Of a stretch of DNA of 35,937 nucleotides, positions 21,341-33,559 are shown one piece after another (the first letter of the stretch is position 1; each line of letters begins with the position of its first letter). Origin of the DNA: Octopus bimaculoides (Eukaryota); contig NC_068990.1 in NCBI RefSeq assembly GCF_001194135.2, positions 54,527,784 through 54,563,720 of the forward strand, written 5' to 3'. The notes below the pieces were generated by a model. It saw only the letters and a program-made list of their open reading frames with translations. It searched no databases and was not told the origin of the DNA. Both the position numbers and the translations under genes were made by a program.

Positions 21341-22176
21341 CCCAGTCGCTTAGTAATTGTGACAGATGTCTGCTAAAAAACATGTATCCTTAAAACTCAC
21401 AACAGATAGACCATCCAAACAAAGTGATTTACTTTTTTTTACACCTGCCACTCACTAGCAAATGTACCTCAGCTACTGTAATTGTTTTTTGTAAGATTCC
21501 ACCTCTTCTACTAAGAATTATGGAAGGCTGTCGAAATAGGTGCCATTTCCAGTTCACAACTACTCCCTGTTAGAAACCAGAAACTTAGAATCAGGTAAGT
21601 GTCTGTTGCTGCCCACCAAAAATATAACTGTGTCTTTGTTGTCATGTGACATCTCTATCAACAGGACCTACTGAATATCATTCCCACTTTCAGGTGTAAG
21701 AGTACACATCTTATCTTTGATAATGCAACTTTTGAGCTTTACATAGAAAAAATGCCGCAGTGCCATTTTCACTGCTAGTACATTGTTTTTTTTTTTTGAT
21801 GTTTTTTATGGTCTCCTCTTTTAATCAGGTAATTCCTTCTCTAATCTGTTGCTATGCTGGATTGAAAAAATCTCCCCAAAGTCCACTATTTATATAAAGC
21901 TTTCACCCATTTTCTTATTGTTTTGTAACTTTATTAAGTCCACTACCACATGTATTGTAACCCTTATTTATATACTGTTGTAAGTTTGAAAGGGTCTTGG
22001 TACCGATAATAAAGAAATTTATGTTGTTATTTTACTACTGTCCTCGTTGTTTTTGAGTCCTTGTGGTCAATAAAAAGACAGTTATTGTTATTATTGTTAA
22101 TGTTGTTGTTGTTACTGTTATGTGTGAGTTCTTGACAAACAAACAAATAAAAAAGACAGAAATACTGCACAATTAC

Positions 22177-22505
22177 CTTATAAAGCATAGCTGCCATTGA
22201 CTTATGGGCTTTAGTGAGTAAATGTTGTGATGCTGTGTCTGTACCAAGTATACTAATGGTATAATTATACCATTTCACAGCTTCCCACTCCATTTCCATG
22301 TCCTGGGCCACATCAGCAATGCTAAGGTATTGTGTCGTCTCTAAAGCCATAGTTCTCTTTCCCAGCAGATTCCCTCTTGCCAGTTGATACAGTGGTACTT
22401 GGTATATTTCTACAATCCGTAGAAGTCCAAGTGATGCCCCCTCAAGGTCATCTGTGTCTGGCCACATTTCTGAGTCTTGTATGAATTTGGCAGTGTGTAA
22501 GAATT
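22177..22505 (-). CDS. P4HA: P4HA paralog B exon 3 (FLHTAK..MWPDTDDLEGASLGLLRIVEIYQV..LARGNL..AAMLYK)
   Basis: gttatag|AA acceptor, AAG|gtaatt donor, 329 nt, phase 1-0; WPDTDDLEGASLGLLRIVEIY aligns to FPNDEDQVGAAKALLRLQDTY. Confidence 0.93.
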
Positions 22506-22667
22506 CTATAACAAAAGAATATGTTAAGTAATGGCATTGCTCCAGCATGGCACCACCCAGAGGCTGGAACCAGTAAAATAGTAAATGCAAAATATGTAAA
22601 TAAGTTGGATATTTAAGAATTTTAAGTAGTGGCAGGATTAGAAACTAAAGCTGCTTGGTGCAATATT

Positions 22668-22880
22668 GGTTTCAAATTTTGGCACAAGGCCATCAATTTT
22701 AGGGGAAGGAAAAGTTAATTATATTGACCCCAGTATACAACTGATACTTATTTTATCAACCCCGAAAAGATGAATGGCAAAGTCAACCTTGGCAGCATTT
22801 GAACTTAGAATGTAAACATGGATGAAATAATACTAAGCATTTTGTTTGGCAAGCTAATGATTCTGCCAGCTTTCTGCCTT
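22668..22880 (-). mobile_element. SINE family 1 copy
   Basis: tttatcaaccccgaaaagatgaatggcaaagtcaacc..tttgaacttagaatg. Confidence 0.8.
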
Positions 22881-24186
22881 TATGTCCAGTGACATAAATC
22901 AGAGACAGTGATCAAGAATGTTGCGGAGTTACTTCTTTTAACTTCTCCTCTCATACTGATATTTACTATCAACTACACCACCTTTGCACATCATTCACTA
23001 CATAACCTTCTTCACTCATCTCCAACCACTTATTACTCTCCTCCCAATCTCCTATGTATTTATCCAGCCACCCCTCCTCATCCTCAGTCTGTATTCTCTC
23101 TTATAATCATCTTCTTGCACCTTGAGAGTATGCTCTGTCATCTACCAACTTATCTTCTTCCCAGATATCCACATTGTCCTTACATAATGCAGGGTAGCCA
23201 TGTATTTCTTTTATAACAAGACACTTGTACCTGTCCCTCTGTTATACTTTGACCCCTCCACACTTGGCATAAAGCCACGTCCACCCTCTCCTACAACCCC
23301 ACTCAGCTGAGGGGATTTCTTCTTTCCCTTTGTTTTGCAAGTTACTTGGTAACTTTTTTGATCTTCCAAAGTCATCTTGGTGTATAAGACAATCTACTCA
23401 TTTTGACTAAATTTTGGTCTGAAAAATTCAACTTGTATGCTAGAAATTCGATGTGTGTATGTGTGTGTATATATATATGCACATATTTTTGAAAGCAAAG
23501 TTTTTAGTTTTTCATCACATATTTAATCTTATTTAATTAAATCTAAACAAAATTTTTTACAAAATCCATCATTGACATCAATAGGATTTGAACTTGTAAC
23601 ACAGAGAGCTGGAGCAAATACCACAAGTTATTTTATATGATGCAATAATAAATTTTGCCAGTTTGCTGTTATTGTATTATAATTAATAAAAGACAAATAG
23701 ATGGAAAGATGGCTAGAAATATTATGGACCCTTGGTTACATTTCACCATCTTAGTCTCATTTATTTGTGGCTTAGTCTGAATAAGATCTTTGGGACAAGG
23801 TTGTTGGTGGGGATAGAGAACAGAGAGGAAGAAACCACAACCCATGGGTTGTGGAAAAGTGGTGTACTCAGATATTGAGTTATCTCTAGAGTGGTTGATC
23901 TGTCTAAATGTCTTGCAATGGAGTGGAATCTACTAAAGGTACTCAGTGGTAAAAAGGTTGTGTTATGTCAGGCAATAATCTACTACTCAAAAATATGCAC
24001 ACTAAGATAGACTTAAGCACTGTTTTTGTTTAACCAATTTTGCTTGTGATGCTTGGGTTGATCTAGGGTCATACAAGAATACATATACATAATGTTGTGC
24101 TGTGGGATTGAATCTGGATTGACATTATTGCAAACTAAAGTTCTTAAGCACATGAAACTAAATGTCAATTCTATTGTGGTACTTAC

Positions 24187-24362
24187 TGTTTGCAAATGTT
24201 TCTGACTCTGGTGTAACATGTTCAGTCCTTAATATCATGTTTAATAGGTCCTTTATTCGGTGCCATTCATACAAGAATCTGTGAACAAGCTGATAACTAT
24301 TCACTGCATTTCCTACTTGTCTGCCTTCTTGGGACAACTTGTGTTCAGTTTTCACAACAAAT
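24187..24362 (-). CDS. P4HA: P4HA paralog B exon 2 (FVVKTEHK...GNAVNSYQLVHRFLYEWHRIKDLL...FAN)
   Basis: ctgcag|A acceptor, A|gtaagt donor, 176 nt, phase 2-1; GNAVNSYQLVHRFLYEW aligns to P4HA GHPVNAFKLMKRLNTEW. Confidence 0.9.
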
Positions 24363-24543
24363 CTGCAGTGAATTATTAATATGTTACATAATGGATGGAA
24401 TCAGAAAAATCATGTTTTATTTATCTGTTTATAAACTTAATGTAACAAAATGCTCGGTTTTAGTTTCATTTGTCTACTTTCTGAGTTCAAATCACACTGA
24501 GATTGATTATATCTTTCACCTCTTCAGCATTGTTAATATAAAT

Positions 24544-25028
24544 ATTTGTTCCCACTTAAACATGGATTATCTGTTAGAACAAACTGTATTGTGGTAGATA
24601 CCATGAGAGAAACTCTCATATTGGCTTTTGGTGCAAAATGCACTCTTGTTTATATTGCTAGCAGGGAGATAAATTCATGCCCTCTCCAGTGCTGAGACCA
24701 CCAGATCACGTGATTTTGATCTTTCTTGGTCTTGTCAATGATGGATGCTTAACCACTAGAGATAGGAGTAACTCATCTCCAGCCAGCAATATATAGAAAA
24801 CAATGCCAGAATAGGCACTGCTGTTGTTATTAGCCAGTGAGCTTGTTATAAATATATATATTAGTGACAAAAGCAATATAAATACTGAGAGGTAATATTT
24901 ATCCCCACTTGAATGTGAATGTTCTGTTAAAACAAACTTTACTGTGGTAGATACTATGAAAGAAACTCTCATATTTTGCTTTTGGTGCAAATTACACACT
25001 TGTTTATATCACTAGTGGGGAGATAAAT
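24544..25028. repeat. Two related units of about 131 bp (24544-24674, 24897-25028) with short terminal inverted repeats
   Basis: Shared gtggtagatac.atga.agaaactctcatatt..cttttggtgcaaa; ends atttatccccact / agtggggagataaat. Confidence 0.7.
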
Positions 25029-25270
25029 CCCTAAAGTATCAAAATGATAAATTATCATGTTCATGGATAACAGTGAGTATCAAATCAATGACATTCATAT
25101 TCATTCTTAATGCAGTCCTGAAGATTTGAAAGTAAATATGTTACTGACTGTTGAATTTTGTCTTCTGATAAATGTGTGTTGATAATACACTTAATACATT
25201 GAGGTAAAGAGATTCTGAGACACCACAGTAAGAGGGTGCTGTACTAGCACTAGGCTTGTACTCATTTTCA

Positions 25271-25273
<3 letters not shown>

Positions 25274-25316
<43 letters not shown>

Positions 25317-25384
25317 GAAGAGAGGATGGATAGCTAGCTAGCTAGATAGATAGATAGATAGAAAGATATAGAGAGACAGACAGA

Positions 25385-25460
<76 letters not shown>

Positions 25461-25482
25461 AGGGAGAGAGAGAAAGAGAGAG

Positions 25483-25515
<33 letters not shown>

Positions 25516-25674
25516 ATAGTAGACAAATAGACAGGCAAACAAATAGGAAGATACACAGATAGACAGGTGGATAAACAGGCAGTTAAACAGAAAGACAGAG
25601 ACGGCGGGATAGATGGACAGACAAGAAGACTGACAGACAGATAAATAAATATGTGGACAGGTTAGGAGAGAGTA

Positions 25675-25741
<67 letters not shown>

Positions 25742-25745
25742 GAGA
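25274..25745. repeat. Compound (GA)n/(TA)n/(GATA)n/(GACA) microsatellite cluster in paralog B intron 1
   Basis: Direct inspection. Confidence 0.92.
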
Positions 25746-25852
25746 GAAGTAGGTAGGTAGATAAGGGAGAAGGAGTGGAAAGAAAATGTGTTTGGATGTT
25801 TATAAATATTTCCCAATCAGTAAAATGAATTAAACAATTTTTTCTATCTTAC

Positions 25853-26064
25853 CTGATAATATCGTTCATATTTTGACCACCAATATCTCGAGATTCAATA
25901 CCATTTTGACTTTGAATGAATTTCCCGAGAGAACTCAATAAAACCAATTCTAGATTGGATAAAACTTTCAGTTTCACAACAGATGAGAAGACCTCAGCAT
26001 TGATATTCAAAGTTATTTGTGAGGACCACACCAGTAAGAAAGCAGTGACTGTCTGCTTGAACAT
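25853..26064 (-). CDS. P4HA: P4HA paralog B exon 1: signal peptide and start of N-terminal dimerisation domain (MFKQTVTAFLLVWSSQITLNINA-EVFSSVVKLKVL...)
   Basis: cacaccATG start, hydrophobic leader ending INA/EVFSS (cf. P4HA EFFTS), AG|gtaag donor in phase 2 that matches the next exon. Confidence 0.85.
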
Positions 26065-26068
26065 GGTG

Positions 26069-26121
<53 letters not shown>

Positions 26122-26264
26122 TAATATATTTATGTATGAGTATATTTATATATATAATGTGTATGTATCTGTATATTTTTATATAATGTGTGCTTGTCTG
26201 TTGCTGTGTCTGTCTTCTCTATGTATGTATGTATGTATGTATGTATTATGTATATATGTATTTT

Positions 26265-26296
<32 letters not shown>

Positions 26297-26335
26297 TTAT
26301 GTATTATGTATATGTGTATGTGTGTGTGTGTATGA
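26065..26335. repeat. (TG)/(TA)/(TATG) microsatellite immediately upstream of the paralog B start codon
   Basis: Direct inspection. Confidence 0.9.
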
Positions 26336-27297
26336 AAGATATTTGTAACCCTGTGTTAACTTCAACTTTCCAGTCTTAGATATTGTAATTGTAAAATATA
26401 TCAGCACAAACACAACATGATCCAATGTATATTGCTTGTACAATATATCTGTACAATATATTTGTATATCAACGCAAATACAAGATGGATCCAGTCAAAA
26501 GAATCAGAGCTACTGAAGTATTTTCAAATGAGTGTGCATGTATGGTGTATGTGCGTACATGTGTGTGTACGTGTGTGTGTGTGTGTGTGCATGTGCTGTT
26601 ACTTTTTCTTTCCCTCCTGAATCTAGAATCCAGTAAAGACAAGTCGTGATTAACGAAGGGAGGTTGAAACAAATCTCTATTGATTTTGAGCAAGCATGTT
26701 GTTTTTACAAGCTTGTTTAATAAATCACATCTTTTTGGTGATTTGTGTTTGGACAAGTCAGAGAAGGCTATCTGTCAGACACATTTAGTGAATCTGAACA
26801 ATAATTTCCTTGGTCAGTGATGGTCAAAGTTGGTGGTAAAGTTCTTTTCTGCTGAGATGCAGTGAGATATTTGAAGGAATCTTAAATGTTGTCAGCATCA
26901 CTTTTAATCTGGCTTCTGTCACATTAATTGCAACATCTTATGTTTTTTCCCTCTAATATATTCCATTGATTTTTGAAGTCAATCTCTAAAACACTTATGT
27001 GATTATATGTATGTTTTGTCCGTCCATTTGTCCATCCAGCTATCGATCCATTTATCTATATATCTATCTGTCTGTCTAATCAATCTAGCTTGAGATAAGT
27101 ATCATTTAATAGATATAGGGGTCATCAAGTTTCATACTCAGATAGTGCAGTAATTGGATGGACTTCTGTATAGTGTATTATGCATGATGCAGCAATCATT
27201 CACATGGTACCAGGCTATTAGATAATGGCATTATTTGAACATGAAAGTTCACATATAACCCATCTATTCATTAAACAATCTTTCTCTCTCTCTCTTC

Positions 27298-27337
<40 letters not shown>

Positions 27338-27624
27338 TTGTGTGGGTATATGTGCATGTGTGTGTCTGTTTTACGTGTGTGCAAATCAATTAGATGCAAT
27401 CTAATGTCTTTGTAACATTTCAACAGAACCTCCATTACTTCTCTTCTTTTCCCCTTCCAACTCTTCTTCCTTCTCTTCCTCATTAGAATCCACTTCATCC
27501 TCTTCAATAGCATTACATCCATTTTGGGTTTTGTTACTATCATCCTAACAAGTACCCCACCACCATCCCTTCACTACTTCTACTCTACTCTGATAGACTT
27601 TTCCATTGTCTGTTACAATTTCAT

Positions 27625-27811
27625 CTCTTTTACTCTTTTACTAGCTTCAGTCATTTGACTGCGGCCATGTTGGAGCACCACCCTTAGTTGAACAAGTTGA
27701 CCCCAGGACTTATTTTATTGGTCTTTTTCAATGAACCACTAAATTACAGGGATGTAAACACACCAACATCAGTTGTCAAGTGATGGTGGGGGAGGCAAAC
27801 ACAGACACACA

Positions 27812-27857
<46 letters not shown>

Positions 27858-28040
27858 CAAAAATAAATATATATGTATATATATATGATGGGCTTCTTTC
27901 AGTTTCCCTCTACTAAATCCACTCACAAGGCTTTGGTCAGCCCGAGGCTATAGTAGAAGACACTTGCCAAAGGTGCCACGCAGACTGAACCTGGAACCAT
28001 GTGGTTGAGAAGCAAGCTTCTTACCACACAGCCACTCCTG
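27625..28040 (-). mobile_element. SINE family 2 copy
   Basis: Colinear with 8895-9305. Confidence 0.8.
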
Positions 28041-28259
28041 TTTACTTATGCTTGATATGATGACTGGCACGCCACATATACCACTAACTATAGGGTCTCT
28101 GTGGCATTAGTCTGTCATTTGAGCATTCAACGTTAATTTTTCCTGGAGTCACTGCTCCTCATAGGAATACTGTGGATGTCAGGTTTTACATCTTTGTCTG
28201 CATTAAAAGTGCAAGCAGCTTAAATGAGATTCATTTGAGATTCTCAATTTGAAGAACTC

Positions 28260-28405
28260 TGCAAGACATCAGTATCAGTAGATTAAATCAGTTCCAATAT
28301 TTTACTGGTTCTTTATTTTATCAAGCATGGGTGGATAAAAAGAAAAGTTGACATCAGAAGGATTTGAACTCAGAATGTAAAGGTTCAGAATTGAACACCA
28401 TAAAG
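28260..28405 (-). mobile_element. SINE family 1, partial and decayed
   Basis: actggttctttattttatc..ggatttgaactcagaatg. Confidence 0.55.
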
Positions 28406-28624
28406 GTTTAATCAAAGGAGGAAGGACAATACCCAAGATCAACTTCTAGGGCTTCCATAGTTGGTGAGATGAAGGATGGAAGTTACCCCCAAACCAGAGT
28501 CTTGACCTGAAATGCTTACCACATTGTGGACTTTTCCAAAGGCACCCAACAGTCAGATGGTGTTAAACCAGGTAGCAGAGTAAATCTAACTCTTAAGAAC
28601 AGGAAGAATGCATTCAATAGACTT

Positions 28625-28770
28625 CCAGATAATTTCCATCTAAATTTTATTCACAAGGCCTTGACCAACCTGAGATTATAAAAGAAAACAGCTGCCCAAG
28701 ATACCACATGGTGGGATTGATCATGAAACCATGTAGTTGCTAAACAAATTTGTTAACCACAGTCATAACT
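28625..28770 (-). mobile_element. SINE family 2, decayed head part
   Basis: ttcacaaggccttgacc..ctgcccaag..aaaccatgtagttg. Confidence 0.55.
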
Positions 28771-28901
28771 TTGACTTAAATATCCTTCATTCCAATTAAT
28801 ACATTATTGATTGATTAATGATTTCATTGTACATGTTAAGTCATTGAGTGGTGATCTTGGTAATTAGAACTTGTTTGTTTTTAACAATAAAATTATATAT
28901 A

Positions 28902-29130
28902 TAACTTGTTAGCATTCGGTTTACTGTGTCAAATGTAATGCTTGTTTATTCACATTGTTTTGAATTAATCAGGTATCATCTCATAGCTAATAGATTTCAA
29001 TGCTGTGATTGTTTATTTTTTTAGAATGACATCTTAGAGCAGGTGTGTAAAGCCAGATCTGGATGGTTTGGACATAAAACAGGTAGAACATTTGGGCTGG
29101 ATATGCCCAGTTTAAATGCTAAAGGGCTAA
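28902..29130. mobile_element. Probable piggyBac-type MITE
   Basis: Degenerate ends aacttgttagcattcggttt / ccagtttaaatgctaaagggctaa resembling TTAA-CCCTTTAGCATT termini. Confidence 0.45.
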
Positions 29131-29974
29131 TTAAGGATTTGCGTAATTAAAACTGTACAAAAAAATGAAATATAATCAATAAAAATGGAGGAACCTTTAT
29201 ACAGCCTGTTCCACCTGATAAAAATAACAAAAAGTGGTATCTAGAATTGAAGAACTTCAGTCAATTTTAATGATGAAGAATGAGTTGTTCAAAAAACTGA
29301 ATTGATTATATGAAGTGGTTAAGTATTCTACAGACACATGTACCTTTAATGTAATTCTCAGCAGAATCAGTGACTCAGATTGTCCAAGATGGATTTTTAA
29401 ATGACAGGTACAATCCATCCAGAAGCTTCTTCACAGTTTCCAGGTCTATCTTCTTTCATCCACTAGTATGATTTGACTCAAGACTATAATCCAAGATTCT
29501 TCACAGCAGACTCAGATCTACAGTCTTGTGATTGTGAAATGAACTTAGATAATGTAGTAGTTCCTGTCCCAGATACCTACTTCATAAAAATAATGGCCAT
29601 GACAAGGATGATTCTGATAATAGATCTACTCAAACATGATTGACCTGGGGCTAAATAATACAAAACAAAATGCAATAACAACAAACCACATTTCTGTTTT
29701 ATTGTAGTTTTCTAAAATACGTCCATCAAATGATATTTCAATTTTTATCCAAAGTTGTATCTTGATACATCTAAGTTAGTCCAAGTTACTCAGAATGACA
29801 CTGAGTTTGCTGCTCCTGGTTTCATCACCTGATCAATCTTACTAAACATTAATTCACTTAATTGCACACTGGAACATTGAATAATGTTTGACTCAAATAA
29901 TATTTCACATACTTTATTCATGAAATCATACATATTACTCAAGCATTAATAATAATTATAAAATGATGATGGTA

Positions 29975-30008
29975 TATATATGTGTATGTGTGTGTGTGTG
30001 TGTGTGTA

Positions 30009-30042
<34 letters not shown>

Positions 30043-30076
30043 CATATATATATAATTATATATATGTGTGTGTGTG

Positions 30077-30116
<40 letters not shown>

Positions 30117-30150
30117 CATATATATATGTATGTATACGTATATATATATA

Positions 30151-30203
<53 letters not shown>

Positions 30204-30218
30204 ATGTATATGTATATG
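29975..30218. repeat. (TG)/(TA) microsatellite just downstream of the paralog A stop
   Basis: Direct inspection. Confidence 0.92.
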
Positions 30219-30228
30219 TTTTATTGTT

Positions 30229-30308
30229 TTAGATATCTTCAGCATTTATTTTTAATCCACATGGTCGTTGGAACATCTGTTCTACTTCATGAATCCATTT
30301 ATTGGCAA
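30229..30308 (-). CDS. P4HA: P4HA paralog A terminal coding exon (/[26 protein letters not shown])
   Basis: ttctag|TT completes GTT (Val) from the previous phase-1 exon; NKWIHE..F.RPC is the P4HA C-terminal motif; TAA at 30231-30229. Confidence 0.95.
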
Positions 30309-30344
30309 CTAGAAATGAAAACAAAAACAGAAATATTGTCAAAT

Positions 30345-30367
30345 GTAATAACAACAACAACAACAAC

Positions 30368-30423
<56 letters not shown>

Positions 30424-30445
30424 TAATCTTGATGATAATAATAAT
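30345..30445. repeat. (AAC)n(AAT)n microsatellite
   Basis: Direct inspection. Confidence 0.95.
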
Positions 30446-30653
30446 GGTTTCAAATTTTGGCACAAGACCAGTAAGTTTAGGGGGTGGGGTCAAATCAAGT
30501 ACATCAACCACAGTACTCAACTGGTACTTATTTTATCGACCCCGAAAGGATGAAAGGCAAAGTCAACCTTGGCAACATTTGAACTCAGAATGTAAAAGAC
30601 AGATGAAATGCTACTAAGCATTTTGCCCAGCATGCTAATGATTCTACCAGCTT
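30446..30653 (-). mobile_element. SINE family 1 copy
   Basis: Reverse complement of the 31385-31599 pattern; tail merges into (AAT)n. Confidence 0.8.
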
Positions 30654-31384
30654 GAATAATAACAACAGTTTTTATATAGTTAAAAAGATATCTGGTGTGG
30701 CATCTGGTGAGATGTGTGGTACAAGAAAACAGAGGTCATCATCATCTTCATCATCATCGTTTAAAGTCCGCTGAACTATTTGAAAGAAACATCTAGACGA
30801 GGATATTTTATGGCTGATTTCAATTTAATGAAAAATATTTAATGAGATATTCAATGAAACTGCAACAATAATAACATTAAGACTAAATTAATCGTGTCTG
30901 TTTTATATTTCAATAAACTTCTGAAATAGTAACAACGACTCCAATGGCTTGAGATGCTGTTATTTTGAATCTTGCATTGTCAAGGAAGTTTGTTTTAAAT
31001 GCCTCTATTACACAAATAAAGGGAACAGTAAATAAGAAATAGAGTTACTGTATAATTAATAATGTATAGGAAGAAGCATTTGCACATCCCTTCCTCCAGA
31101 AAAATTAATTTTAAAATAAAAAGAAAATCATTTTCAGAATGCCAAAAAGTAAATAGTCTGAAAGAACCTTCAGTTAATTCAATATCATTGTTAACTGTTA
31201 ACCAATTATTGTCAGGATCATCAATTGTAACCAAAATGGAATAAATTATGTTTATGAACATAATTTATGGTTTCATTAATATAGAAGGTGTTAACGCAAT
31301 ACAAGTAAATAAACATTCAGATAAAACAATAGATATGACAAGTGCAGAAATTCTTTATTGGGAATTCAATATTTAAGCTAATTA

Positions 31385-31599
31385 AGGCAGCGAGCTGGTA
31401 GAAATAGCACGTCGGGTGAAATGCTTAGCAGTATTTCGTCTGTCTTTACGTTCTGAGTTCAAATTCCACTGAGGTCGACTTTGCTTTTCATCCTTTCAGG
31501 GTTGATAAATTAAGTACCAGTTGTGTACTGGGGTCAATGTAATTGACTGGACCCCTCTCCCAAAATTTTGGGCTTTGTGCCTAGAGTAGAAAAGAATAT
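31385..31599 (+). mobile_element. tRNA-derived SINE family 1, near full length
   Basis: A-box-like gagctggtagaa, B-box-like gagttcaaattcc, body tttcatcctttcagggttgataaattaagtacc. Confidence 0.85.
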
Positions 31600-32240
31600 T
31601 TAAGCTAATTTTTACACATTAATTCATATTCTTGATGCCATGATGTGTCTCCTTCTTCAATTGTTCCAGGTTGAGTATGTAGCTGTGAAGACATCTATAT
31701 GTGGAGAGTGAACATCACCAGAAACCAAATCCCTCTGGTGTTTTGGTGATCAGTTGAGCTGTATTTGTTGGTTATGTTCATGGAAGGTTCTAGTCATGAC
31801 ACCAAACTATCACATGAACAACAGCTAGGTTTGTGCACATGATCAAATTGTGATTTCTATGTGGTCAAATGTGGGATCAAATCCAATTGTAACAAATGTA
31901 TTCAAATACTATAAAACTGTGAAAAACTTAGAATCACAGAGGTGAGCAGCAGACATAAACAAACTAACTCATTTCCAGCAGCTGCCTTTACAAGTTTCAA
32001 AACTGCCACTAGGTTGGGTTTTCCTTATTCTTGGGACCATTATTGTATAGAGGTGTGCACAACACAGGGGGATTCAATGGTAGAGTGTCAGACTAAACAT
32101 CTTGTTACTTCATTTCAAATGTTTACATTTTGTGTTCAAATTCTTGCATATTTTACTTTGCTTTACCTTCTTCCAGTCCATAATGACAGATAATTTGTCA
32201 TTCTTGTAGTAATTTGCTGTAGTTGCAAGTGAATTCTTAC

Positions 32241-32337
32241 CCCACTTTGATCCTACTGCAACTGGACAACTAGCATGTAATGTCTTGGGATCTCGGCGCT
32301 GGTTTCTTTTCAAATTGTACCAAAAGACTGCTGAACC
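32241..32337 (-). CDS. P4HA: P4HA paralog A exon (GSAVFWYNLKRNQRRDPKTLHASCPVAVGSKW-G/)
   Basis: tttcag|GGT acceptor, TGG G|gtaag donor, 97 nt; contains G.AVFWYNL, distal iron-binding His (LHASCP) and 2OG-binding Lys (GSKW). Confidence 0.97.
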
Positions 32338-32459
32338 CTGAAACAGAAACACAATAATCACTTTAGGTGACTTAGAGAACAAAACAAAAATAGTTCTGAA
32401 TCCATGATGTTTAATAGTACGAAATAGAAACTAAAGTAATAACAATAAGAGGCTATGGT

Positions 32460-32473
32460 AATAGCAACTATAT

Positions 32474-32506
<33 letters not shown>

Positions 32507-32585
32507 CGACGACCACGACAACAACAACGACAGCAACAATGATGACGACAATGATGATGACAATAATGATGATGATGATGATGGG
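32460..32585. repeat. (GAT/GAC/AAC)n tract
   Basis: Direct inspection. Confidence 0.9.
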
Positions 32586-32904
32586 GCTGTATTGGTTCTG
32601 ACATCTATAAATATAATAAAAGAACAATGCTTTCTAAACCTCCAGAAAGCTTTCAGTGCTTGGTACTGTAGAAGGGTGGAGGGTATTAAACGAATAAATG
32701 ATGAGTATCTTCATGGATGGATCTACCTCTTATGGTTAGATACTGATTCTACAGTGAAAGGTGAACTGAGAAACAAGATTAACAATAATGTCCACATACA
32801 AAACACAATGTCCAAAGAAGAATTCAACTGAAGAACTGCTTCATCCAATACAATGTCAATTTAGAGTCTCATGGTCCAGCACTGCAGACACTGGGACACT
32901 TCAT

Positions 32905-33110
32905 TTCTTCTTTTAACTATTACTTGTTTCAGTCAATGGGTCACAGCCATGCTGGAGCATCACCTTAGTGGGTTCAGTCAAATAAATCAACCCCAGTACT
33001 TATTTTTAAGTCTGGTACTTATTCTATCAGTCTCTTCTGCCAAACCACTAAGTTATTGGTTAAACAAACCAGCACTGGTTGTCAAGCGGATGGGAGATAC
33101 AAACACACAT

Positions 33111-33164
<54 letters not shown>

Positions 33165-33310
33165 GGCTTCCACATAGTTTCCATCTAACAAATTCACTCA
33201 TAAGGGTATGGTCAGTTCAGGATTATAGTAGAAGACATTTGCCCAAGTTGACATGCATGGAACTGAACTCAAAACCATATGCTTCCAAGCTAGCTTCTTA
33301 ACCATGCAAC
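32905..33310 (-). mobile_element. SINE family 2 copy
   Basis: Colinear with 8895-9305. Confidence 0.8.
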
Positions 33311-33384
33311 AAATCTAAAAGAAATTTGTTAAATATATTTCTTCCATCTCTAAAACATTTTTGACAAAACAGAGTGAGACCCAC

Positions 33385-33453
33385 CTTTATTACAGGTATC
33401 TGCACATTAATCTTTGGAAAAATTGTGGCTCCTCCAAGTGTAACATTGGACAT
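33385..33453 (-). CDS. P4HA: P4HA paralog A exon (MSNVTLGGATIFPKINVQIPVIK)
   Basis: ttctag|ATG acceptor, AAG|gtgggt donor, 69 nt, phase 0-0; matches MSDVSAGGATVFP..PKK exon of P4HA. Confidence 0.95.
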
Positions 33454-33559
33454 CTAGAAGAGAGAAAGAAAAATGGTAAAAGAAGCAGGAGAAAAGAAAG
33501 AAAAAGAAAACTGTGAATATATCATTGAAGAATTGAGGGGTTATTTTTAGTAGTCATTT

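Noticed and set aside
22890-23400. Pyrimidine-rich ORF 22908-23216 and similar sequence near 10580-10890
   Set aside because: Probably an old retroelement remnant, but I could not assign a family and the ORF has no recognisable domain
31385-31460. A/B-box sequence as a tRNA gene
   Set aside because: No cloverleaf; continues into a SINE body present in at least six copies here
32820-32865. CTGAAGA...GTC hammerhead-like spacing
   Set aside because: Lacks GAAA and stems I and II do not pair
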